A stretch of DNA of 64,000 nt from Candidatus Obscuribacterales bacterium (GTDB lineage: Bacteria > Cyanobacteriota > Vampirovibrionia > Obscuribacterales > Obscuribacteraceae), in contig CBDDIJ010000003.1 of the NCBI GenBank assembly GCA_965228855.1, positions 2,336,001-2,400,000 of the forward strand, written 5' to 3'. The notes below the pieces were generated by a model. The model was not told the origin of the DNA. It worked only from the letters and a program-made list of their open reading frames with translations, and searched no databases. This document shows positions 1-9,013 of the stretch, piece after piece; position 1 is the first letter of the stretch; each line of letters begins with the position of its first letter. Position numbers and translations under genes: made by a program.

Positions 1-1
1 C

Positions 2-2905
2 CTATTTGACAAGGACCCGGAGCTGGTCCGGAAGGTTGAGCAATGCCTGGCTGAGGGACTGACTTCTCTCACCGTTGATGACGATTTATTACTACGCAAC
101 CTCGCCGCCGAGATCGACAGCCGAGTGTTGGAGCTTTCAGATTTTCTGACTCAAGGTGGAGTGCTCGTTTACTTCCTTTGCCGACCGTTTGTCATTCAGG
201 GACCGAGCCTGTCACTGGACAATTACTATTGGCTTGAGAGTCTTGCGCCGGATCAGCCGGCAGAAAGAAACGTCCGTCACATGAGCGCCGTTTCGCACGG
301 GCGGTTAATCGAACCTACGGCAGATGGCATGACGTCTGACTTCGGTCCGTATTTGCAACAGCACGGACTTGAATGGAGCACGCTGATCAGAACCGAATAT
401 CTGACCGACGGTTATAACGTGCTGGCGGAAGCGGGTGCCAGGAAGTGCATTGCCGGACAGCTCTTTATAGTAGAGAGCAGTGGCAATGTAGTCTTTTTGC
501 CGTCACCGTACTCACCGGATTTCGATAAAACTCTTATAGACTGCTTGAACAAATGGTATCAGTCTAAAGAACAAACCCAGGAAGAGCTCGATGCAGAGCG
601 CCTGGAGATTCAAATGGCGGGCTCCGGTGTGAGCACGCCGGCCCCCCAGACGGGCCCCGCACTTTTCGATCGCGAACAAAATGCGTTTGAGCCTGCAGCA
701 TCAGTCGAGATGGAAACAGCTCCAGCGGCTCCAGTTTCCGAGACGGATTCGGGCTTCAGTTTCAGCGCCGACCGAATAGCCGAATCGATTTCTCAGGACG
801 CTCGAAAGTTTGAAGAGGAAGTTGCAAATCGCGTGCAAGAACCGAAGAAGACTCTGGGCAACATAGACTTGTCGATTTTCGCTCAAACGGCTCAACAACT
901 AGTTCAAAAGGCAACCAAACCAGCAGAGCCGACAGTGCAAGATGAACCAGCGCAGGAAGCGGTGCAAGAACCTGCACCAGTGTCCGAGCCGTCAGCAATT
1001 GCAGAATCTGCGCCTGTCGCAGAACCTGAGTCAGTTGCGCAGGAAGCACCGATTCACGAACCGGCCGCCGAAATTCCGCAGGCGCCAGAACCAGAACCTT
1101 TGCCTGAGCCGATCGCGGAGAGTGCTCCGGCTGTCGATACCACTCCTGAATATGCACTTCCTGCAGAAAATGTGATTCAACCCGCCGAGCCCGATCCAGA
1201 AGAATCTATTCAATCAACTGGCGGTCAATCGCTCAGAAACATACTTTCGCATGCGGCGCCCACCGTCCCGGAGAGCGTGATGCCTCAGTCCGTATCACCG
1301 GCACCAGAGGTGCTACAAGAACCAGATGCGGCACAGCAGCCGTCACCACCTGCGATGGCACCAGCGCAAGCGCCGGCGTCGGCAGCGTCCTTGTTCGAGG
1401 ACGACGACGACGAATTCGGTAATGCAGAAGAATTAGCAAGACAAGCCGCAGCACAGGTGGCGCAATCAAATTCCGGAGCATATGCTCAGCCGCAGACAGC
1501 CCCGGCTCCTGCGGAGTCGTACTCAGATTCCGGTGTCTACAGCAGTCAGGCAGCGGATTACAACTACACTCGATCCGGCGCGTTTGAACAACCGCAGGTT
1601 GAACCGGCGCAGCAGGCATCTTCGTCGATAAGCGACTCGGGAGTTTTCAGCCAGGCTCAGCCTCAAGCGCCTGCAGCCGAGCTCTCGCCAGCTCCGACAC
1701 CAGAACAAAGAATTGTGACGCCACCACCGGCGGAGTCAACAATTTTACAGCCACCTTCGGGATTTGCCGCCTCAGTCGGCGGACCTCAAGACACAAACGC
1801 TGCCGTTCCTCCGTCACCACCGCCCGCGCAGGAACCGCCACTACCTTCCCCTGTTAACGCATCTGCTGGAGACAATTCTGTGACTAACGACCCCAACAAC
1901 AAATCTACAATGGATCTCCTTCGCGAACTCGAAAAAGCTCAGCGGCCGCAAGAGCATGAAGCGCCGCCACAAGCGATCCCGCCAGCGACTTCGCAAGTCA
2001 TGACTGCACCTGTTCCGGAGAACGGAACTCCCGCCAGACCTTTGCTCAATAACCTTTTCAAAAAAGACGCCGCCGACATGGCGCCTATTGAATCGCCACT
2101 ACCCGCAGTGCCACCTGCGGTTCCGCAAGCGATGCCTCAAACCACTCTTCCGCCGCCAGCGCCAGCAAGAAACACGCTTGGCGCGCTTATGCCAGCGGCA
2201 GAGTCTAGACCACAGGAAAGTTTCCCCTTGATGTCGAAGGATAACAACATGTCAAATCAGAACGTCCCGGACTGGTGCAGTGCTTACTCCTTCTCATATC
2301 TTGACGAATTGAAAAAGGAACAGAATGCTCTTGCCACACAACTGCAGGATGTTCAAGCAAAACTCAATACGGTAGAGTCCAAAATTTCGTCAGTAGAACA
2401 GCTGAAAAATGCGTTGTTAGCCGGCGAGGGCGAAGCACTGAAGGAAGCAGTCGGAATGGTTCTCGGTAAGTTGGGTTGGACAATCAACCACAACAACGCC
2501 ACACCGAACGAAGTTCTTTTGCTTAATGTCGATCAACCGGAAGCTCTCGTTCGCATCGTTCGCAGCGACAGCCATTGCGACCGCTCCGAAGTCGCCCATG
2601 TATCCGGCTCGGCAATCGCTTTCTGGGAAAAGCACGACATTGAACCAAAAGGCTTACTGATCGCTTGCACCTGGGCGAATATGAGCCCTCAAAGCCGTAA
2701 CCAACGAGATTTCGAAGAGGCTGTTTCGGAATTCGCACGCAAGAAAAATCTCTGCTTGATGACAACACTGCAGTTGATCGGCATCTATCGAGACCTCGAG
2801 CTGGGGCTCGTAACCCAAGATACGGTTCGTCGTCAGATGTTGGAAACCAGTGGCTGCCTCGTCGGCTACTCAGTTGAGGCCGGCATGGTCGGCGCACGCG
2901 CATAG
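2..2905 (+). CDS. Large hypothetical protein, 5'-truncated by the window: N-terminal globular domain, long Pro/Ala/Glu/Gln-rich disordered linker, coiled coil and C-terminal degenerate PD-(D/E)XK-like domain
   Basis: The frame of ORF 125..2905 is open from position 2 (LFDKDPELVRKVEQ...). The C-terminus has a coiled coil followed by LLAGEGEALKEAV..LGW...KGLLIACTW...F...A...LCLMTTLQL. Confidence 0.8.
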   Translation, partial: LFDKDPELVRKVEQCLAEGLTSLTVDDDLLLRNLAAEIDSRVLELSDFLTQGGVLVYFLCRPFVIQGPSLSLDNYYWLESLAPDQPAERNVRHMSAVSHGRLIEPTADGMTSDFGPYLQQHGLEWSTLIRTEYLTDGYNVLAEAGARKCIAGQLFIVESSGNVVFLPSPYSPDFDKTLIDCLNKWYQSKEQTQEELDAERLEIQMAGSGVSTPAPQTGPALFDREQNAFEPAASVEMETAPAAPVSETDSGFSFSADRIAESISQDARKFEEEVANRVQEPKKTLGNIDLSIFAQTAQQLVQKATKPAEPTVQDEPAQEAVQEPAPVSEPSAIAESAPVAEPESVAQEAPIHEPAAEIPQAPEPEPLPEPIAESAPAVDTTPEYALPAENVIQPAEPDPEESIQSTGGQSLRNILSHAAPTVPESVMPQSVSPAPEVLQEPDAAQQPSPPAMAPAQAPASAASLFEDDDDEFGNAEELARQAAAQVAQSNSGAYAQPQTAPAPAESYSDSGVYSSQAADYNYTRSGAFEQPQVEPAQQASSSISDSGVFSQAQPQAPAAELSPAPTPEQRIVTPPPAESTILQPPSGFAASVGGPQDTNAAVPPSPPPAQEPPLPSPVNASAGDNSVTNDPNNKSTMDLLRELEKAQRPQEHEAPPQAIPPATSQVMTAPVPENGTPARPLLNNLFKKDAADMAPIESPLPAVPPAVPQAMPQTTLPPPAPARNTLGALMPAAESRPQESFPLMSKDNNMSNQNVPDWCSAYSFSYLDELKKEQNALATQLQDVQAKLNTVESKISSVEQLKNALLAGEGEALKEAVGMVLGKLGWTINHNNATPNEVLLLNVDQPEALVRIVRSDSHCDRSEVAHVSGSAIAFWEKHDIEPKGLLIACTWANMSPQSRNQRDFEEAVSEFARKKNLCLMTTLQLIGIYRDLELGLVTQDTVRRQMLETSGCLVGYSVEAGMVGARA

Positions 2906-2911
2906 GGTTCA

Positions 2912-2964
<53 letters not shown>

Positions 2965-2993
2965 CTACTGGAATGGGGATCGCGTGAGCCAAA

Positions 2994-5714
2994 GTGACTA
3001 CACTACCAACTGTACTGATTTCAGGTGCTTCCGAGGAGCTCACGGCGAGGATCGAGCAGCTCATTCGAGGTCAGGCCGAGCTGTCTTTAGTAGAAAGTGT
3101 CACCCCTGATGCGGCCGCGAATCGAGATTTCAAAGCAAAACTCGTGTGGGTTGAACTTGAGTCAGACCCTGAAGCTAACGTCGCCCTCCTTGAGAGTTTG
3201 ATCAAGTCACATCCCAATACATTCTTTGTGGTTAGCAAAGAAGATCTTGAACCGGAACTCGTGAAGCGAGCGATGCAAGTTGGAGCTCTCGACTTTCTGG
3301 ATCACAAAGGCTGGGCGGCACAGATTCGAAGCGTCGTGCGCCGCATCATGGCAAAAGAGTTCGGATCAAAACCGACACAAGGAGCAGGCGGTCTCTCAAG
3401 ACAGCCTTCTCGCCAGTCCTCATGGGGACAACTCAACAGTGTGAAAGTGGCTCCCAATGCAGGCGGTTTCAAACGCGCCGAGCCCAATCGTCTTGCAGCA
3501 GCCCAATCACCACAGCCTCAACCGGTTCAGAAGCCAGCCCCAGCGGCTCCCAGTCCTGTGGCAAAACCGGCAGCACCACCACCGCCACCACCTGCGGTGG
3601 AACCGGAGATAGCCGAAGAAGATGAAGAAGTATTAGAGCAACCATTTGAGGAACCAACTCTTCCGGAGGCTGATGAACCTGTCGAAGAGAGCGAAGCGGG
3701 TTACGCGTCGGGCACCTCATACGAAGAACCTGAAGCCGAGTATCAGCAACAAAACTACGAAAACGAAGAAAGCGAACAGACAGGCGAACTCGAAGAATAT
3801 CCCGAAGCTTCAGGCGATGAAGCATACGCCCAAGGCGAAAACGATTTTGCGCAGGACAGTGAAACAAGCGCTGGTGGTGAAAACACAGACGATGCTGTAT
3901 ATCAGGGCGAACTAGGCGAGGCTTCGGGCGACGAGGACTCCCGGGCTGAGGATGGTTATACTGTCCAGGAGCAGCACGGAGAAGAACCAGTCTTCCAAGA
4001 TCAGTCCTTTGAGGATCCACAGTCGCCCGGGGAATTCGAATCGGAACCTGAGCAGCAACCGGAACTTGAATCGGAGTCGGAAGCGGAAGCGGAGCCGGAG
4101 CCGGAGACGGAACCAGAACCAGAACCAGAGCCAGAGCCAATCGCCGAGAAAGCAGTAAAGATCGAGACACCACAGGCGGTGAAACCCAAAGCACGCTGGG
4201 ATGATCTCGACTCTTTGATTTCAAAGGAAGCACCAAAAGCGGCAGCTGAAAAGAAACCCGCAAGCAAGTGGGGCGAACTCGGCAGCATCCAACCTAAGAT
4301 TTCAAAGGAGCCGACTCCATCCTCCGACAAGAAGTGGTCGGATCTCGACGCCATAGTAGCACCGAAATCGCCCGCTTCATCAGAGTCTCCGGCTGGTTCT
4401 ACCAGCAAGTGGGGCGACCTCGACTCTATCAGCGCGATAAAGTCAGAAGGAAGCGAGGAAGAAAACGAGACAGTTGAATCAAGCCCAGCTTCGAGCAAAT
4501 GGGGAGATCTCGACTCGATAGGAAAAGCGGATTCTGAATCCGAGCCGGAACCGCCGGAGTCCGTCGAAAGTAGCTCGGGCGACTTAGATTCGATAGGCGC
4601 AACTCCTAAAGCATTCGGAAAAACAGAAACGGGTCCATCCAGCAGCAAGTGGGGCGATCTAAATTCAATCGGCGCAAAGAAAGAAGAGCCAGTTGAGCCC
4701 GGAAGCAAATGGGGCAATTTAGATACAATCGGCTCCAGGGGTGGAGGCGGACTAAAATCCAATGCGCGCTCTTTTATCAAACCGAAAACGCCAGGTGAAT
4801 CACCGACTCGAACTAACAGCGGGCTGGGGGCATTTGCAGACCTGGGTCTAGCACCGGGTCAGGCGGATGCTGGTAGCGCATCCGGTGGCACTTCCGAGCC
4901 CAGCACCAGTCAATCAAAGTGGGGAGATTTGGGCGGTATTGGCTCAGGTAGCCCTGCCGGAAGCGAAAGCTCCTCGAGTGACTCCGAAAGTCCCAGTTCA
5001 GGACTCGCAGGTAATACAGGGCTCGGAGCGGGCACCGGTCTTGGTGGCGGAACCGGTCTCGGTGCAGGAGCTGCAGGCGGTCTGGGCAAACCGGTGGGCG
5101 GTGACGTCGACTCAAACCCGTCGGCTTTTAAGAACAGATTTGGAAGAAAGACTCAAAATATTGACTTAGCGACGTCGAATCCTCAGGACGCTTTGACTGG
5201 TAGCTCTGGTAGCGGCGCAGCCCCGCAAGCCGGCGGTCCCGGTAAATGGGGCAACCTCGACGCGATTGGCACTGCCGGCGGTGGCTCAGCTGGCGGCAGC
5301 CCAGCAGCCGGTTCCGCAGAATGGGGTGACCTGAGTTCGATACCAACTCCCAAATCCGCTCAAGAAGCAAGCGGAGGAAACTGGGGAAGTCTCGATTCAA
5401 TTCCAACACCAAAGGGTCCGGGAGAATCAGGGCCTACGCTTGTTGAAGGCGCTCTTCCAAAATCGCGTGCTCGAAACGAAGCATCTGAGAAATGGAAATC
5501 GGGCATGGGTGCAGAACTATCAGAAGGTCAGCGAGAATTAGGTGAACTCGCCGATAAACTAAAAGAGAAAGCGGCTGTTCGAGTTAAAGTTTCCGGCGGA
5601 TGGAAACAAGCAAGTATCGCCCTGGCTGTTGCAATCGTCGCGACGGTAGGCTACTTGAGCGTTGCCTTCTTCAGTGTTCCTGAGCCACCGCCGGAAATCG
5701 AAACAAACAATTAG
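2994..5714 (+). CDS. Atypical receiver (CpaE/TadZ N-terminal-like) domain protein with acidic disordered region, WGDLDSI repeats and C-terminal transmembrane anchor
   Basis: The first ~120 aa follow a REC pattern (TVLISG...KLVWVEL...FFVVSK...LVKRAMQVGALDFL). There are 12 W-x-x-L-x-x-[IVL] motifs and a hydrophobic C-terminal helix (ASIALAVAIVATVGYLSVAFFSV). Confidence 0.75.
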   Translation: MTTLPTVLISGASEELTARIEQLIRGQAELSLVESVTPDAAANRDFKAKLVWVELESDPEANVALLESLIKSHPNTFFVVSKEDLEPELVKRAMQVGALDFLDHKGWAAQIRSVVRRIMAKEFGSKPTQGAGGLSRQPSRQSSWGQLNSVKVAPNAGGFKRAEPNRLAAAQSPQPQPVQKPAPAAPSPVAKPAAPPPPPPAVEPEIAEEDEEVLEQPFEEPTLPEADEPVEESEAGYASGTSYEEPEAEYQQQNYENEESEQTGELEEYPEASGDEAYAQGENDFAQDSETSAGGENTDDAVYQGELGEASGDEDSRAEDGYTVQEQHGEEPVFQDQSFEDPQSPGEFESEPEQQPELESESEAEAEPEPETEPEPEPEPEPIAEKAVKIETPQAVKPKARWDDLDSLISKEAPKAAAEKKPASKWGELGSIQPKISKEPTPSSDKKWSDLDAIVAPKSPASSESPAGSTSKWGDLDSISAIKSEGSEEENETVESSPASSKWGDLDSIGKADSESEPEPPESVESSSGDLDSIGATPKAFGKTETGPSSSKWGDLNSIGAKKEEPVEPGSKWGNLDTIGSRGGGGLKSNARSFIKPKTPGESPTRTNSGLGAFADLGLAPGQADAGSASGGTSEPSTSQSKWGDLGGIGSGSPAGSESSSSDSESPSSGLAGNTGLGAGTGLGGGTGLGAGAAGGLGKPVGGDVDSNPSAFKNRFGRKTQNIDLATSNPQDALTGSSGSGAAPQAGGPGKWGNLDAIGTAGGGSAGGSPAAGSAEWGDLSSIPTPKSAQEASGGNWGSLDSIPTPKGPGESGPTLVEGALPKSRARNEASEKWKSGMGAELSEGQRELGELADKLKEKAAVRVKVSGGWKQASIALAVAIVATVGYLSVAFFSVPEPPPEIETNN

Positions 5715-5745
5715 GCACCAAATCCGGTATCAACTGTTTTCTGAA

Positions 5746-6072
5746 TTACTCTTGGATTTTATCGATTTTAGCGGCAAGAATAAAGTCGCTCTCGGTCAAG
5801 CCGCCCACGGCATGCGTCCAGAGTTCGATTCCCAATTCGCCCCAGCGCACCAGCAAATCCGGATGATGATTCTCGCACTCAGCCAACTCGCCTATCTCAT
5901 TTGCTAACTTCAAAGAACCTTTGAAGTCATTGAATTTATACGATTTCAAAAGTCGTTCGTCATTTTTAATTTCCCAGCCCTTCAACTCTTTGAGCAGGGG
6001 CTCGAATTCTTCTCTGGTCAATGGAGGCACGCCTCCTCGACAAGGCACGCAACTTTTCTCAGCAAGACTCAT
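5746..6072 (-). CDS. phhB: Pterin-4-alpha-carbinolamine dehydratase (4a-hydroxytetrahydrobiopterin dehydratase)
   Basis: CVPCRGGVPPL start, AE.ENHHPDL, LWTHAVGGLTESDFILAAKID signature. Confidence 0.93.
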   Translation of the reverse strand: MSLAEKSCVPCRGGVPPLTREEFEPLLKELKGWEIKNDERLLKSYKFNDFKGSLKLANEIGELAECENHHPDLLVRWGELGIELWTHAVGGLTESDFILAAKIDKIQE

Positions 6073-6106
6073 GAACTATCTCCGGACAGTAGGGACGCAG
6101 ATCCTA

Positions 6107-7195
6107 CTACACTTGGTTGGTAGACGATATAGTTTCATCGCCAATTGACCAGGAGTCAACGAGATCATCCGGATCTTCCATCACTTCCATAGTGAAATCA
6201 TCAGTCGTTTCCGAATCGATGTCGGCGGGGAGCCTTCTCACAATTTCCTCGATGTTATAAACGAGATTGAAGCTCACCCGAGACATTTGATAGATGTGCA
6301 CAGCCTCGTAGAGTGCTACTAGCCACGGTATCAAGGTCCAGCACATCGCGAGATAAATTATGCCAGAGGCTTTTTCGCCCAGATAAAATTTGTGGATGCC
6401 GAAATTACCAAGCAGAACGGCAAGCCATATCGCAGTGCGCCGATCTCGTCCTCCTTCTACAGGCTTATGAGCAGCCTCGATTAGCTGGGCCTTCTTGATA
6501 CCCATTGGAGGTGCGAGTACTTCAGGCTCAATGGTCGGTGCGGAAGGAGAAGGTGACTCCGAGTCCGGAGTCACAGGTATGCCCTCAAACGCGCACATAC
6601 ATTTTGCCGTCTTTTGCTTTCCCGAGCGAAAACGATACACCTCCGACTCGGACAGAAGTCGGTGGCAAGTCGGACAATAGAGGACGGCGGACATCAACTC
6701 TGATGCACGAGGTTGGCGGAACTTCAAATTGCCGGACTGAGCGACTTTTTTGTTGAGATGATCGATTCGTTTTTGGAACAGTTGTTTTTGTTCTTCATTA
6801 GTTGACAAATGTTCGGCTCTGACCAGTTGCTCAACGGCTTCTTTACCTTTGTTCAATTTCAGAAACGCATCTGCAAGTTTTTGCCTGGCTTTGATCTCTT
6901 CTTCGCGATGTGCCTCAATTCCATTAACGCGCTTCAAAGCCTCCGCAAAACACGCGTGTGCTTCATCATACGAGCCGTTTTTAAAAGCTAGTCGCCCTCG
7001 TCGCATCCATTTTTGAAAAGCCGCAAGCAGGTCCGGTTGCAGTAATTCATCGCCTTTGATGACGGGAATTTCGGCTGATGAAATGGACTGACCGCATCCA
7101 TGACATTCGATCTGCCAGGACGTCAGCTCGGTCCCGCATGCAGGACAAGAAATGATGCCGGATTCGGATTCACTTACTTCCGGATTTTCAGCCAC
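6107..7195 (-). CDS. Zinc-ribbon/TPR/TM2 (NINE) domain membrane protein
   Basis: CPAC..CHGC N-terminus, TPR-like helices, second CPTC..CMC set, and TM2 motif AIWLAVLLGNFGIHKFYLG...GIIYL. Confidence 0.8.
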   Translation of the reverse strand: MAENPEVSESESGIISCPACGTELTSWQIECHGCGQSISSAEIPVIKGDELLQPDLLAAFQKWMRRGRLAFKNGSYDEAHACFAEALKRVNGIEAHREEEIKARQKLADAFLKLNKGKEAVEQLVRAEHLSTNEEQKQLFQKRIDHLNKKVAQSGNLKFRQPRASELMSAVLYCPTCHRLLSESEVYRFRSGKQKTAKCMCAFEGIPVTPDSESPSPSAPTIEPEVLAPPMGIKKAQLIEAAHKPVEGGRDRRTAIWLAVLLGNFGIHKFYLGEKASGIIYLAMCWTLIPWLVALYEAVHIYQMSRVSFNLVYNIEEIVRRLPADIDSETTDDFTMEVMEDPDDLVDSWSIGDETISSTNQV

Positions 7196-7275
7196 GTGCC
7201 TTCCTCAACCAAGCAACGTCCAGTGTAGTATGCCCTTGCACATCCTGTCGAAAAACTGATAAAAGTTGCCACTCG

Positions 7276-8880
7276 TTAATAGTTATCCGGATACTTTTCA
7301 AGAATGACTTTCTTCGTTAACTCCGGTCCTTGAAGCCGTCGAATAGAGAATTCCATAGCATCACCTGGTTTGAGCGTGCCTAGAATTGCTCTTACCTCGT
7401 CTGACGAGCGCACCGCTTTACCATTCACTCTGACGAGGATATCACCACGAGCGATACCAACTTTATCGGCAGGTCCATCGGGAACCAGACCTTTGACGAG
7501 CACCATAACCGGATGTCCAGCAAGTGTGTGTGCTTTCTTTCTGTCGGGGTCGACATCTTCCATGTAAATTCCAAGGAAGGGCCGCGCCACACCGCCTTGT
7601 TCAATAATTTTTTTGGCTACTGAAGCGACCGTATCAGCAGGCAAAGCGAAGTTAATGCCAACCAGGCCCATGTTGGAGGCGGCTGCCGCTATGCCGATGA
7701 CCTCACCATCGATGTTGGCGACAGGACCGCCAGAGTTGCCCGGTGAGACAGCTGCGTCTGTCTGCAGCATCGGTATGTGATGATTGAAATCGGAAACAAT
7801 ACGACCCAGAGAGCTCACGACACCAACCGTGACGGAGTGGTCGTAACCATGCGGACTTCCAATGACTACAGCCCAATCACCGACACGAACTTTTCTTGAA
7901 TCTGCCCACTTCGGCACTGGAAGATTGTTCGCGCCAATCTTAATGACGGCCAAGTCAGAATAGGCATCCCGACCGACGACCGAGCCTGGAAATTCGCGTC
8001 CATCGCTCAACGTAACCCGAATTTCTGTTCCCTGCGGCACTACGTGGTTGCTTGTGATTATATGTCCGGAGGTAGTAACAATGAGCCCGCTTCCCTGTGC
8101 TTGGCCAGAGTATCCTCTAGGTGGCCCAGGCACCGAAGCCGGTGGCGGCTGAAAAAACTGTTGGCTGGACTGCAGTGGTTGGATAACCGCAGGATGTCCA
8201 CGGCTAATTCTGGTATCGATATTCACTACACAGGGTCCCAGCGCGGCAGCGACATTGGCGACTGAGCTGTCGCCTCTCAATCGCGGTCCACTGCTCGCAG
8301 TTTTCTCCTTCTCATCAAACCTCATGCTCGTAAGAATTTTGTTTGGAAACAAGAAAGAACCGCACCAGAAGCCAATTGCAAAGACATTGATGCAAGCAAC
8401 GACGACTAAAACACGAAGTCGTTTACGAGCCTGGGGAGTCTCAACTCTCATAGGAGCACCGGACTTAGAAGAGCTCTCATCTTGATTATCCTCAGGCGTC
8501 GAGATCAAATTAGGCTTCAAAAATCTTCCGGACAATTTCAAAAATCGATCCAGAGTCATAGATTGTTCGGCCCGCCCCGCCTGCGCATCGACAGCTGCAG
8601 CCTCTACCGACTTCAAAACTTCATCTTTGTCGTTGGTACTCCCACTCGGAGGGAAGCTGGGACGATTTTTGATTCCCTTGATTTTCTTTTCGCCGCGGGT
8701 TTCAGCTTCTTTAGCAGCCTGCTCAAGCGTCTTAGCGGGATTGTATCGTTCCCATGCCGCCGGCGGTTCATCTTCCATCAACGCCTTACGATCTAGCTGG
8801 TGTCCAGCTAGATCGTCGTCAGAAAGGTCTTCATCTGGTGAGAAATAAATCGGAACGTCGTCGTCGATTTCTTTCGCCAT
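7276..8880 (-). CDS. HtrA/DegP-family trypsin-like serine protease with one PDZ domain and an N-terminal TM anchor
   Basis: GSGLIV, TSNHVV (His), SDLAVIK (Asp), QTDAAVSPGNSGGP (Ser), and PDZ motif RPFLGI...GPADKVGIARGDIL. Confidence 0.92.
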   Translation of the reverse strand: MAKEIDDDVPIYFSPDEDLSDDDLAGHQLDRKALMEDEPPAAWERYNPAKTLEQAAKEAETRGEKKIKGIKNRPSFPPSGSTNDKDEVLKSVEAAAVDAQAGRAEQSMTLDRFLKLSGRFLKPNLISTPEDNQDESSSKSGAPMRVETPQARKRLRVLVVVACINVFAIGFWCGSFLFPNKILTSMRFDEKEKTASSGPRLRGDSSVANVAAALGPCVVNIDTRISRGHPAVIQPLQSSQQFFQPPPASVPGPPRGYSGQAQGSGLIVTTSGHIITSNHVVPQGTEIRVTLSDGREFPGSVVGRDAYSDLAVIKIGANNLPVPKWADSRKVRVGDWAVVIGSPHGYDHSVTVGVVSSLGRIVSDFNHHIPMLQTDAAVSPGNSGGPVANIDGEVIGIAAAASNMGLVGINFALPADTVASVAKKIIEQGGVARPFLGIYMEDVDPDRKKAHTLAGHPVMVLVKGLVPDGPADKVGIARGDILVRVNGKAVRSSDEVRAILGTLKPGDAMEFSIRRLQGPELTKKVILEKYPDNY

Positions 8881-9013
8881 TTACCGAGCTACCCGTACTG
8901 AAACGCAGCAAACAAAGGGCCATTAACCGGTTGAGGACAGATTCAAGATCGCGCCCCTCCTGATCAAAATGATCATACCAATCGCGGGCATTGTTAAAAC
9001 GCTAATTCGGGCG

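Noticed and set aside
3469..4780. Minus-strand ORFs of 264 and 259 aa
   Set aside because: They are shadows of the low-complexity plus-strand gene.
4190..5410. Recurring AGCAAGTGGGGCGA-like DNA repeats with variable spacers, as a possible CRISPR array
   Set aside because: The repeats vary at synonymous positions, spacing is irregular, they stay in frame in a 906-aa ORF, and no cas genes are present. They are protein motifs.
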